NCBI GenBank assembly: GCA_002771585.1
Contig: PCTT01000027.1
Coordinates: forward strand, 1-35,788
Direction: 5' to 3'
DNA length: 35,788 nucleotides
DNA from: Candidatus Campbellbacteria bacterium CG22_combo_CG10-13_8_21_14_all_36_13
Lineage (GTDB): Bacteria > Patescibacteriota > Minisyncoccia > Phycocordibacterales > PCTT01
How positions within the stretch are numbered: position 1 is the first letter of the stretch; every line of letters starts with the position of its first letter. The notes under the pieces were generated by a model. It was not told the origin of the DNA. It did no database searches and saw only the letters and a program-made list of their open reading frames with translations. The position numbers were made by a program, and so were the translations under genes. Shown here piece by piece: positions 27,108 to 35,788 of this stretch.

Positions 27108-28277
27108 ATGGATAGTTATTCTAATATTAAAAAAACAATACGGTGGATATATACATCAAACTTTTTTCTTGTTTTTGTGTATGGAATACCTCTATTCATA
27201 GGGTCCTCTTATCTTGCAACATTTACTGATGATAAAACTGTCGGACTTATATACACAATAGCATCAATAATAACCATCTTTGCATTATTTGGTGTCCTTA
27301 AAATACTTCCAATAATTGGCAACTACAAGACAACCCTTGGTCTGTTGTTTTTGGAGGCTATATCAATCTGTATTCTGGCTCTATCTGGTAATTTTGCATG
27401 GATATTACCTGCATTTATAGTTCACTTTATACTCACCACTGTTTTATCTTTTAATATAGACATATTTCTAGAAAACTATACAAAAGACTCAACAACCGGT
27501 GATGTTAGAGGATTTACGTATGCTTTTGCAAGCATCGCCTGGCTACTTGCACCATTGATTGCCGGATTTGTTCTTGGTCAAACAGAATTATATTGGAAAG
27601 TGTTTGCGGTCGCACTTTTATTTACAATACCTTTTGGGCTGATTATCGCCGTAGCGATGAAAGATTTTAGAGATCCAGTTTACAGAGCAGGAGCTTTTAC
27701 AAAAGATATAAGAAATGTTTTAAAAAATAAAGATGAAAGAAATATATTTTTCTCTGGATTTCTTCTAAAAATATTTTTTGCATGGATGGCAATATATACA
27801 CCAATATATTTGCACAAATATATTGGTTTTAATTTCGAACAAATAGGAATAATTTTTACAGTTATGATGGTGCCGTATATATTACTAGAATGGCCAATAG
27901 GAAGGTTGGAGGATAAGTATTATGGAGAAAAAGAGATATTAATTAGCGGTTTTTTTATAATAGCGATTTCTACTGTATTCTTGTTTTTAATAACAATACC
28001 AAACTTAATAATATGGTCAATTACTCTACTATTAACAAGAGTTGGTGCTGCATTGGTAGAAATATCAACAGAAACATATTTCTTTAAAAAAGTCTCAAGC
28101 TCAGATACAGATGATATAAGTTTCTGGAGAATGCTTGCACCATTTGGCTATGTAGTAGCGCCACTATTTGCATACTTATTTATAACTTTCTTTGGTATGA
28201 AATACATATTCCTATGCATGGGGATATTCATGTTGCTTGGTATGATTTCATCATCAAAAATAAAAGACACTCTATAG
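27108..28277 (+). CDS. MFS-type transporter (about 12 TM)
   Basis: 389 aa polytopic protein with a two-halves topology and a central basic loop. No specific subfamily recognised. Confidence 0.55.
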   Translation: MDSYSNIKKTIRWIYTSNFFLVFVYGIPLFIGSSYLATFTDDKTVGLIYTIASIITIFALFGVLKILPIIGNYKTTLGLLFLEAISICILALSGNFAWILPAFIVHFILTTVLSFNIDIFLENYTKDSTTGDVRGFTYAFASIAWLLAPLIAGFVLGQTELYWKVFAVALLFTIPFGLIIAVAMKDFRDPVYRAGAFTKDIRNVLKNKDERNIFFSGFLLKIFFAWMAIYTPIYLHKYIGFNFEQIGIIFTVMMVPYILLEWPIGRLEDKYYGEKEILISGFFIIAISTVFLFLITIPNLIIWSITLLLTRVGAALVEISTETYFFKKVSSSDTDDISFWRMLAPFGYVVAPLFAYLFITFFGMKYIFLCMGIFMLLGMISSSKIKDTL

Positions 28278-28295
28278 AGTGTCTTTTATTTTAAT
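28262..28295. terminator. Bidirectional intrinsic terminator between convergent genes
   Basis: AAAAGACACTC-tata-GAGTGTCTTTT is a perfect 11-bp stem followed by ATTTTAATTTTTT. It overlaps the MFS stop codon. Confidence 0.75.
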
Positions 28296-28308
28296 TTTTT
28301 ATATTAAC

Positions 28309-29244
28309 CTAATTACTTATGTCTTCTTTTATTGATTTAAAGGCGCTTTGTACTGCACCGATCATATAGTCTCCAATATTCTTGTCTGTGTTTCTTTTTG
28401 CAAATTCTTTTGGTGCATTTCTTAGAAATTCACCAGCTTTCATGTATCCATAAAATGATGTTGCGATAGCGTCTCTCGCAGCCATTTCTGTATGTTGTAG
28501 AGAATCAAATACAGTATTAAACCAGCCATCAGAATCTGTTTTTTGATATAGTGCCATAGCAACATTTTCTGTCTCAAATATAAAAGATTCATATGCAACA
28601 GAAGAAACATCTTTTATATATGCCCAAGCACCAGTTTCTCTAGCTATATAAGGTCCAAATACAATCATAAGAGCAACTAAAAGTGCGCCCGCCTTACTTG
28701 TGACAACAGAAATATCCCATGGTTTTTCTATATCCTGAACAGAAACATGCACCAACTCCTCCTGTGTGTTTGGTATTTTTTCTTCAACCTCTTCTTGTTC
28801 TTCTTGTTCTTTTTGCTGGTCTTCATCAGGTAAGTCCTCCTCAACTCGAGCATCAGACTCGGTGGGAGTTGGATTTACTTCTTCTGATGGGACTTCTTGT
28901 TCTTGTACTTTCTCGGGTTCCACCTCTTGAGATTCACCATCAACAGCAACCTCCAAAACGCCCTCTGCAATTCCAACAGGAGCAATTACCGGGGATTCCT
29001 TTGGTGTTGATTCTACGTTAATCTTGGACAATTTATTTATGGCATTCTTTTTTCTATCACTTTCTATTGTATATTCTTTTAGTTCTCCTTCCTCAACAAA
29101 ACGAATCCTGCCAATCTTTTTTGATCGAACTTTGCCTTCTCTGGCTATTTGGCCAATATAGTCACTGGTATAGCCAGTTATTTCTGCAGCTTTTTTTGCA
29201 GATATATACCTATTCCCCTCTACAAATATGTAGTCATCTTCCAT
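28309..29244 (-). CDS. Hypothetical protein: N-terminal HTH (excisionase/MerR-like), acidic low-complexity linker, one TM segment, C-terminal domain of unknown function
   Basis: 311 aa. ISAKKAAEITGYTSDYIGQIAREGKVRSKKIGRIRFV is HTH-like. It has an E/Q/D-rich linker and the TM segment AGALLVALMIVFGPYI. Confidence 0.45.
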   Translation of the reverse strand: MEDDYIFVEGNRYISAKKAAEITGYTSDYIGQIAREGKVRSKKIGRIRFVEEGELKEYTIESDRKKNAINKLSKINVESTPKESPVIAPVGIAEGVLEVAVDGESQEVEPEKVQEQEVPSEEVNPTPTESDARVEEDLPDEDQQKEQEEQEEVEEKIPNTQEELVHVSVQDIEKPWDISVVTSKAGALLVALMIVFGPYIARETGAWAYIKDVSSVAYESFIFETENVAMALYQKTDSDGWFNTVFDSLQHTEMAARDAIATSFYGYMKAGEFLRNAPKEFAKRNTDKNIGDYMIGAVQSAFKSIKEDISN

Positions 29245-29371
29245 ATATAGATATATTGTATGTTAAAAAGCATATTTTTCCATTACATCTGTGTGGATAA
29301 CGAGCCGAGATATGCTTTAGTTTCAAGGACTTAAGAGCTTAACAGTCTGTAGTCAGAAGTCAGTAGTATAC

Positions 29372-29526
29372 GAATTTTCAATTTACAATTTTCAATGTCC
29401 TAATTTTCAAACGTCGTTTTTGAATTTAGATATTCGAGTTTTGATATTGTTTCGGATTTAGTGCTTCGTATATCGGATTTCATTTATATTCTTAATTCCT
29501 AATTCATAATTCTTAATTCTGAAGCC
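29372..29526. repeat. Composite intergenic repeat, copy B (overlaps the last codons of gatB)
   Basis: Same module order as 26918-27106. Core at 29440-29481. Confidence 0.85.
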
Positions 29527-30925
29527 TCTCTCTTATCATCTTCTCAAGCATTGCTGGATCTGCTGAACCTTTTGACAACTTCATACCCTGTCCAACCAAA
29601 AAACGAAGAGATGCCTCTTTACCAGACCTATAATCATCTACAGCATCCTTATTTTCATCAATTATAATCCCCACAATCTTGCCCAATGAGTCAATATCAC
29701 TTACCTGTATAAGAGAATTTTCTTCTGCAATATCCTGAGGAATACCACCTTTTTCATACATAATTCTCAAAACTTCTTTTGCGCCACGAGAAGAAAGCTT
29801 GCCGTCTATTATCATTCTCACAAGCTCCACAAATCTCTCATAATCAATTTCTATTTTATTTGGGACTTCACCATCTTTAAAAAGTCCAACCAAATCAGAC
29901 GATATATAGTTTGATGCAATTTTTATTTCATTTTCATTATTTGTAAACAATAAAACACCGTCCATGAAATCTCCAATCGAGGTCTGGTTTGTATACATGT
30001 TTGCATCATCTTTTTTCAACCCAAGTGATATATATTTTGCTCTTCGTTCTGGTGGAAGTTCTGGCAATTCAGACTTTATAAGCTCAACATCAAATTCCGG
30101 AACTTCGTCTAGTTTCAATTTTGGTAAATCCGGATCTGGAAAGTATCTATAATCATCAGATGTCTCTTTTATTCTTTGCGAAAAAGTTACTTGTCTCATC
30201 TCATCCCATCCTCGTGTCTCCTGTATCACCTTTTGTCCAAGCTCTAGAAGCTCTGTCTGTCTTTTAATTTCATATTCAATGCCTCTCTCTGCAGATCTGA
30301 AAGAATTTATATTTTTTATCTCAACTTTAGTTCCAAAAACATCATTTTTACTTACGGATATGTTCACCTCCACCCTCATCTCCCCCTTTTCCATATTTGC
30401 CTCGGACACACCCAGATATCTCAAAAGTAGTTGTAATTCACGAGCAAAAGCGCCAGCCTCTTCTGCAGAGTGTATTACAGGCTCTGTGACAAGCTCCATT
30501 AGCGGTACACCAGCCCTGTTGAAGTCTACAAGAGAATATTCGCTATCATGACTAGATTTGGCTGTATCTTCCTCAAGATGAATTCTAGTAATAGAAACAC
30601 CATTAAGGGCGCCTCCGCTAACTATAGGATATGCATACTGACTAATTTGATAACCTTTTGGTATGTCTGGATAAAAATAGTTCTTTCTATCAAATTCTGT
30701 AAATGAGGCGATTTTACCACCAAGAGCAACGCCAACCTTTATGACGCTTTTAACGGCTTCTTTATTTATTACAGGAAGGGTGCCTGGGTGAGCCATACAA
30801 ACAGGACAAACATTTACATTTGGCTCCACTTCGTCGGGATCATTTATAGAGTTACAAAACATTTTTGTTTTTGTTTTCAACTCTGCATGTATTTCAAGTC
30901 CTATTGTTGGTTTGTATTTGGTCAT
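29513..30925 (-). CDS. gatB: Asp/Glu-tRNA(Asn/Gln) amidotransferase subunit B
   Basis: 470 aa. IGLEIHAEL, NVCPVCMAHPGTLP, DRKNYFYPDIPKGYQISQ. Confidence 0.95.
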   Translation of the reverse strand: MTKYKPTIGLEIHAELKTKTKMFCNSINDPDEVEPNVNVCPVCMAHPGTLPVINKEAVKSVIKVGVALGGKIASFTEFDRKNYFYPDIPKGYQISQYAYPIVSGGALNGVSITRIHLEEDTAKSSHDSEYSLVDFNRAGVPLMELVTEPVIHSAEEAGAFARELQLLLRYLGVSEANMEKGEMRVEVNISVSKNDVFGTKVEIKNINSFRSAERGIEYEIKRQTELLELGQKVIQETRGWDEMRQVTFSQRIKETSDDYRYFPDPDLPKLKLDEVPEFDVELIKSELPELPPERRAKYISLGLKKDDANMYTNQTSIGDFMDGVLLFTNNENEIKIASNYISSDLVGLFKDGEVPNKIEIDYERFVELVRMIIDGKLSSRGAKEVLRIMYEKGGIPQDIAEENSLIQVSDIDSLGKIVGIIIDENKDAVDDYRSGKEASLRFLVGQGMKLSKGSADPAMLEKMIRERLQN

Positions 30926-31041
30926 GGTTAATTTTTAATTTTGAATTTTTAATTTTAATTCAATTTTGAATTTTTTAATATTTTAAAATTTGTTCATTTT
31001 AAATTCATTCAAAATTTTAAATTTAAAATTCATACTTATTT
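30926..31041. repeat. AT-rich short-period repeat spacer (AATTTTA/AATTTTGA family)
   Basis: Direct reading. The same family fills the rnpB insertion at 10083-10190. Confidence 0.8.
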
Positions 31042-32013
31042 TTATATGCTTTTAAATTTTTTAATCAAAGAATCTCTAAGATTTTTTATAGAATCATCAT
31101 CGTATACAGATGTCACATATACCTCTTTGCCCATTGCCTTAAACTTTTTTTCAATATTTTCTACCTCACCTTTATCCACCATGTCACTTTTTGTTAATAT
31201 TACTATCTCTGGCCTATTTTCAAGTTCTTTATTGTAGCCCGATACCTCTTTTCGTATTGATTCATATGCATCCATTACGTCTTCATTTTCCATAGAAACA
31301 CAATGTAGTAACATTTTTGTTCTTAAAATGTGTCTTAAAAATTTGTGCCCCAAACCCTTACCCTCTGATGCTCCTTCTATAAGACCGGGTATATCGGCCA
31401 ATATATATCCATACATCGCACCAAGATGTGGCGACAAGGTTGTAAACTCATATTCCCCAACCTTTGAATGAGCATTTGTTAGCTCATTCAACAAACTAGA
31501 CTTACCGGCATTAGGAAGACCTATAAATCCAGCATCAGCAATAATCCGAAGTTCTATATTAAACCTACCACTTTCTCCAATTTTCCCTTTTGTAAATTCT
31601 TGTGGAGTACGATTTATCGAGCTTTTAAAATGCTCATTACCCAAACCACCGTGCCCACCCTTTAATATTAGAATTGATTCCCCGTCATTTACCAAATCAA
31701 AAGTATCTCCTGTTTCAATATTTGTCACAAAAGATCCTAGTGGTAGATCTATTATCAAATCTTCTCCGTTTCTGCCATGCATACTGTTTTTACCTCCAGG
31801 AATACCGTTTTCTGCCGCAAACTCTTGATTGTGAGCATACTTAGCAAGTAAACTTGAGTCTCTAACAGCCCTCACAAAAACATTCCCGCCATTACCACCA
31901 TTTCCACCAGAAGGCCCACCTTTTGGCTTAAATTTTTCACGATGAAACTGCACGACCCCGTCGCCTCCTCTTCCTGCTCTTATATTAAATTTTAGCTCGT
32001 CTACAAATTTCAT
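31042..32013 (-). CDS. obg: GTPase Obg (short form lacking a long C-terminal domain)
   Basis: 323 aa. MKFVDELKFNIRAGRGGDG, glycine-rich Obg fold, GLPNAGKSSL, DIPGLIEGA. Confidence 0.95.
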   Translation of the reverse strand: MKFVDELKFNIRAGRGGDGVVQFHREKFKPKGGPSGGNGGNGGNVFVRAVRDSSLLAKYAHNQEFAAENGIPGGKNSMHGRNGEDLIIDLPLGSFVTNIETGDTFDLVNDGESILILKGGHGGLGNEHFKSSINRTPQEFTKGKIGESGRFNIELRIIADAGFIGLPNAGKSSLLNELTNAHSKVGEYEFTTLSPHLGAMYGYILADIPGLIEGASEGKGLGHKFLRHILRTKMLLHCVSMENEDVMDAYESIRKEVSGYNKELENRPEIVILTKSDMVDKGEVENIEKKFKAMGKEVYVTSVYDDDSIKNLRDSLIKKFKSI

Positions 32014-32120
32014 ATGATTTAAGTTAAAAGTCCATAATGTCCATAAGGTCTATAAAGTCTTGATCAAGCCTGATAATAATTTTGAAATTTCGATAGATAA
32101 ATCATTATGTTTATTATATC

Positions 32121-32228
32121 GTTTTAAATTTTGAATTTTATTCATTATGATTTGTTTCGTATTCTTGCCCTGTACCGAAACTTGTTTCTGGTTCTGGGGT
32201 CGTACTTCGAATTTCGAGTTTTAAATCT
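32121..32228. repeat. Divergent copy of the intergenic repeat module (AATTTTGA heptads, GC-richer insert 32166-32203, CGTACTTCGAATTTCGAG)
   Basis: Shares TTTGTTTCG..., CTTCGAATTTCG motifs with copies A, B and C. Confidence 0.6.
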
Positions 32229-32256
32229 ATATATACTTTTGACTTTAAGGACTTTA

Positions 32257-32601
32257 TCAACTTTTTGACTCTATCAATTTGTTTCCAATAAAACTAAGCA
32301 CAGCGAGCACAAGTGCGCCGATTAGCGCGATAGTGAAAGATTCAATAGCAAAACCTGTAACAAAAGATGAAATAAACCAAAGCATCAGCGCATTAATCAC
32401 AAAAGAGAATAATCCAAGGGTTAAAAGATGTATCGGTAGTGTAAGAATGGTAATTATTGGCTTTATTGTGATATTTATCACACCAAAAATAAGAGCGACT
32501 ATTACAGCTATGTAAAAGCTCTCTACAAAAAATCCGGGTATTAACTCCGTCACCACAAGCAGTGCTAATGCTGTGACCAATAACTTACTTAAAATTTTCA
32601 T
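32257..32601 (-). CDS. DUF360 / phage holin family 4-like (YvlD-type) membrane protein
   Basis: 114 aa with 4 TM segments. LLVTALALLVVTELIPGF...NITIKPIITILTLPIHLLTLGLFSFVINALML is the typical pattern. Confidence 0.75.
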   Translation of the reverse strand: MKILSKLLVTALALLVVTELIPGFFVESFYIAVIVALIFGVINITIKPIITILTLPIHLLTLGLFSFVINALMLWFISSFVTGFAIESFTIALIGALVLAVLSFIGNKLIESKS

Positions 32602-32732
32602 CCCATTAGAGCCAGACCACGACCAGCGTGTTCTGGACTTTTATTATTATTTATAATTGTTTTTAACATATCAGTTTTTTAAGATGTCGCTATTATCTGT
32701 TGTGGTCGTAGGTCTCTAACGGGATTCATCCC
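32602..32732 (-). promoter_or_regulatory. Structured 5' leader with a 16-codon uORF (32679-32729) that pairs with the region just upstream of the DUF360 start; paralogue of 13334-13456
   Basis: Interrupted inverted repeat CCCATTAGAGCCAGACCACGACC (32602-32624) / GGTCGTAGGTCTCTAACGGG (32704-32723). Direct repeat TTCATCCC at 32597-32604 and 32725-32732. Confidence 0.45.
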
Positions 32733-32771
32733 GTTAGTTAAAAATTAATTTAATTAATTACAAAGATTGAT

Positions 32772-32835
32772 TTCGACTTTTTACTTTATAAACTTTCGAC
32801 TTTATGGACTTTATAGACTTTATGACTTTACGACT
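32772..32835. repeat. Array of GACTTTAT-family repeats (about 9-10 nt period) running into the secA stop region
   Basis: TTCGACTTTTTACTTTATAAACTTTCGACTTTATGGACTTTATAGACTTTATGACTTTACGACTC. The same family occurs at 9305-9378, 10317-10350, 22397-22430, 22574-22621, 32021-32060 and 32235-32275. Confidence 0.85.
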
Positions 32836-35360
32836 CTTGTCACTTTCCACACACCTTCTTCTACAAGCTCTTCTGCCTTCTTGTATTTCATAACTCTTGT
32901 TTCTTTTCCATTACTTATCTCCACTTTATCATTTCTACCAATCTTATCATCCCGATTTACAACAGTTTGAACTTTTCCATCACCAAAGCTTGTTTTTTCT
33001 GCAACTTCAGCTTCTTTTTTTATTGTCTGCAGACGATTTGATTCTTGCGCAAAAGAACCTTCTCCTATTCCTGAAATTACCTTAAATATTTGATCATCAA
33101 TAGATGCTTCCAGATCCTTAAACAACACAAGTCCTTCTCTTCTATATTCCACCAAAGGATCCCTCTGCCCAACAGAGCGCAAACTTACAGAAGATTTTAG
33201 ATAATCCATTGCCTCCAAGTGTTCCACCCAAAGCATATCCAAAGACTGAAGACTCACAGCACGAAATACTTCATAAAATTTATCTTCACCTAGTAGTTTT
33301 ATTTTTTCTTCAATTAAAGAAAGGTTTTCATCGCCAAGAATACTTTCCGCCATTTCTTTTAATTCGTCTCTATCACCCATCAATATACTCCTTCTCTTTG
33401 TATATATCGTGCGTCTTTGATGATTCATCACATCATCAAAATCCAAAACGTGTTTTCTTCTATCAAAGTTTAAGCCCTCTATTTTTTCTTGCGCAGACTC
33501 TAGTGACCTTGTTATAAGTTTATTTTGTATTGGTTGATCTTCTGGTATACCAAATCTACCCATCATACTTTTTACAGAATCCCCTGAAAATACTCTCATC
33601 AAATCATCTTCAAGAGAAACAAAAAACTGAGTCTCGCCAGGATCCCCTTGTCTTCCAGATCGTCCTCTTAGCTGATTATCAATTCTTCTTGCCTCATGTC
33701 GCTCTGTTCCTATTACAAAAAGCCCACCAGCATCAATCACCTTTTGTTTTGCTATAGCATCATTGTCTTCACCACCAAGCTTTATATCAACACCTCTTCC
33801 AGCCATGTTTGTAGCAATAGTTACAGCACCAACTTCTCCAGCACGAGCGATGATACTTGCCTCGTTTTCATGGTTTTTTGCGTTAAGAATATTATGTTTT
33901 ACACCCTCTTTGTCCAAAAAATCAGACAAAAGCTCATTTTTTTCTATTGAAACAGTACCAATTAGAACTGGCTGTCCTGCTTCATTTAATTCTTTTACTT
34001 TCTTTGCCAGAGCTCTAAATTTGCCAGACTCTGTTTGAAAAATTAAATCGTCCCTATCAATACGAGCAATTGGCTTATTTGTAGGAACTGCAATTGTGAT
34101 TAATCCATACACGCGATAAAACTCCTCCTGTGATGTCATTGCTGTACCCGTCATTCCTGCGAGTTTTTTATACATTCTGAAATAGTTTTGATAAGTAATT
34201 GAAGCAAATGTGCGAGATTCTTTTTCGAGCTTCACTCCTTCTTTTGCCTCTATTGCTTGATGAAGACCTTCTGAATATCTTCGTCCGTTCAATATCCTTC
34301 CGGTAAACTCATCCACAATCATCACCTTTCCATCTCTCACAACATATTCTTTTTCTTTTTTGTATAAAGCTTTTGCCTTTACAGCAAGCTCGAGGTGGTG
34401 GACATATCTAATTCCACCATCTGTATAAATATTTTCTATTCCAAGTTTTTTCTCTGCTTTTTCTATTCCTGAATCAGTAAGAGTGAGTGCCTTTGCTTTT
34501 TCATCTACCTCATAATCTTCTCCTTCTACAAGAATGTTTGCAATAGATGCAAATGTGCCATAAAGACTCTCAGACTCCGATGTGGGCGATGAAATAATAA
34601 GCGGTGTTCGCGCTTCGTCGATCAAAATTGAGTCTATCTCATCGATTATTGCAAAGTTTAAATCTCTTTGCCTCAAATCTTCTTCTTTATATGAAATATT
34701 GTCGCGCAAGTAGTCAAAACCAAACTCAGAGTTAGTTCCATAAGTAATATCTGCTGCATATGATTCTCTTCTTGAACATGGCTTCAAAAACTCATGCACA
34801 ACCTTGAAATACCCTTGCTCATCCCTTTCAACATCTTTTTCTTCTCCTTCTTTTGCAAAAGTCTTATCATACAAAAAAGAATCTTGTGAATTTATTACAC
34901 CAACAGAAAGACCAAGAAAGGCATAAATTTCACCCATCCATACAGCATCCCTTCGTGCCAAATAATCATTCACCGTGACAACATGCACACCCTTGCCCGA
35001 GAGAGCATTCAAGTATACGGGAAGTGTGGCAACCAAAGTCTTTCCCTCACCTGTTCTCATCTCAGAAATATTCCCATCATGCATCACAAGACCACCGATC
35101 ATTTGCACATCATAGTGTCTTTGTTTAAGTGTTCGCTTTGATGCCTCTCTCACGACAGCAAACGCCTCTGTTGATATGTCATCAAGTGTTTCTCCGGCCT
35201 CTAATCTTGCCTTAAATGCCAGTGTTTTGTTTCGAAGCTCTTCGTCAGTAAGGGCAGAGATTTCAACCTCAAAATCATTTATGACAGGAATAAGCGCCTC
35301 ATATTTAGCGAGGGCTTTTTTGTTTTGATCTCCAAATAAGTTACTAAATTTAAAAGCCAT
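32820..35360 (-). CDS. secA: Preprotein translocase ATPase SecA
   Basis: 846 aa. MRTGEGKTLVATLP Walker A, DEIDSILIDEARTPLIIS, TNMAGRGVDIKLGG. The C-terminus lacks the usual cysteine-rich zinc tail. Confidence 0.97.
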   Translation of the reverse strand: MAFKFSNLFGDQNKKALAKYEALIPVINDFEVEISALTDEELRNKTLAFKARLEAGETLDDISTEAFAVVREASKRTLKQRHYDVQMIGGLVMHDGNISEMRTGEGKTLVATLPVYLNALSGKGVHVVTVNDYLARRDAVWMGEIYAFLGLSVGVINSQDSFLYDKTFAKEGEEKDVERDEQGYFKVVHEFLKPCSRRESYAADITYGTNSEFGFDYLRDNISYKEEDLRQRDLNFAIIDEIDSILIDEARTPLIISSPTSESESLYGTFASIANILVEGEDYEVDEKAKALTLTDSGIEKAEKKLGIENIYTDGGIRYVHHLELAVKAKALYKKEKEYVVRDGKVMIVDEFTGRILNGRRYSEGLHQAIEAKEGVKLEKESRTFASITYQNYFRMYKKLAGMTGTAMTSQEEFYRVYGLITIAVPTNKPIARIDRDDLIFQTESGKFRALAKKVKELNEAGQPVLIGTVSIEKNELLSDFLDKEGVKHNILNAKNHENEASIIARAGEVGAVTIATNMAGRGVDIKLGGEDNDAIAKQKVIDAGGLFVIGTERHEARRIDNQLRGRSGRQGDPGETQFFVSLEDDLMRVFSGDSVKSMMGRFGIPEDQPIQNKLITRSLESAQEKIEGLNFDRRKHVLDFDDVMNHQRRTIYTKRRSILMGDRDELKEMAESILGDENLSLIEEKIKLLGEDKFYEVFRAVSLQSLDMLWVEHLEAMDYLKSSVSLRSVGQRDPLVEYRREGLVLFKDLEASIDDQIFKVISGIGEGSFAQESNRLQTIKKEAEVAEKTSFGDGKVQTVVNRDDKIGRNDKVEISNGKETRVMKYKKAEELVEEGVWKVTRVVKS

Positions 35361-35602
35361 AAATTAACCACATAATCTCTTATATGTCGGGTGATTATAG
35401 CATATATTAAGGCTTTTTTTAAGGAAAAATTTTTATCTAATCAATAAACTATATGTTCTTACCAAAAATTACTTTATGCGTGTGATGCAACCAAAACAAG
35501 CGCAAACATCGCAACACTTGTCCAACCTCTGGCGGATATCGTAATAATTTTTGGTATATCAATAATAACAATAGAAACTCCTACAAAATAAATTCTATTT
35601 AT

Positions 35603-35622
35603 TATTACGATATATCGTAATA
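35603..35622. repeat. Second copy of the palindrome (TATTACGATATATCGTAATA, 20 bp perfect)
   Basis: The 18-bp core is identical to 22458-22475. Confidence 0.9.
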
Positions 35623-35675
35623 TTTTCCTTAATAAAAACTAAAACAAAATTTATTATAGAAGGAGGTATAAAAAA

Positions 35676-35715
35676 CATTACGATACCTGTCCGACCTCTG
35701 GCGGATATCGTAATG
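35676..35715. repeat. Split palindrome CATTACGATA-N20-TATCGTAATG using the same half-site; the spacer carries a 21-nt direct repeat of 35525-35545
   Basis: ACCTCTGGCGGATATCGTAAT occurs at 35525-35545 and 35694-35714. Confidence 0.85.
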
Positions 35716-35788
35716 TTTTTCGGTGGTCCAACCAACGAATTAAAGTCCGAAGTTAGAAGAAACAATAACAACGACAACAATTCAAACA

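Noticed and set aside
33209-34038. Several + strand ORFs antisense to secA, and similar ones antisense to lepA, murJ, nrdJ and the TPR membrane proteins
   Set aside because: They fully overlap confidently identified genes and are low-complexity. No independent support.
35595-35780. 61-aa minus-strand ORF at the window end, and 17297-17743 ORFs on both strands
   Set aside because: They run through palindromes and repeats (35595-35780) or through tRNA-Ser and its flank (17297-17743). No motifs and no plausible starts.

Overview
Low-GC (about one-third G+C), densely packed bacterial window. It holds mostly housekeeping genes, most on the minus strand: lepA, murJ, class II RNR, htpX-lemA, groES-groEL, secG, RNase J, gatB, obg, secA, plus envelope and small membrane proteins. 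Most starts lack a Shine-Dalgarno sequence. The gene content resembles an uncultivated small-genome bacterium (CPR/Patescibacteria-like); that assignment is inference only. I found no defence island, CRISPR array, transposase or integrase. The unusual content is in the non-coding DNA. (1) An RNase P RNA gene whose conserved core elements are spread over about 1.14 kb, roughly three times the normal size, with at least five insertions, two of them copies of one helix module. (2) A tRNA-Gly locus where a canonical Gly-like tRNA is split at the anticodon loop by 153 nt that contain a second tRNA-Gly(CCC)-like gene. Next to it is a degenerate duplicate with palindromic hairpins in the D- and T-loop positions. 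(3) A conserved leader/uORF element that pairs with the start regions of two unrelated small membrane-protein genes. (4) A 49-nt duplication of the lepA 5' end around a GC-rich hairpin. (5) Families of short-period (mostly 7-nt) intergenic repeat modules, GC-rich hairpin inserts flanked by short direct repeats, and a repeated perfect palindrome ATTACGATATATCGTAAT. All protein calls rest on recognising motifs in the supplied translations; no searches were run.
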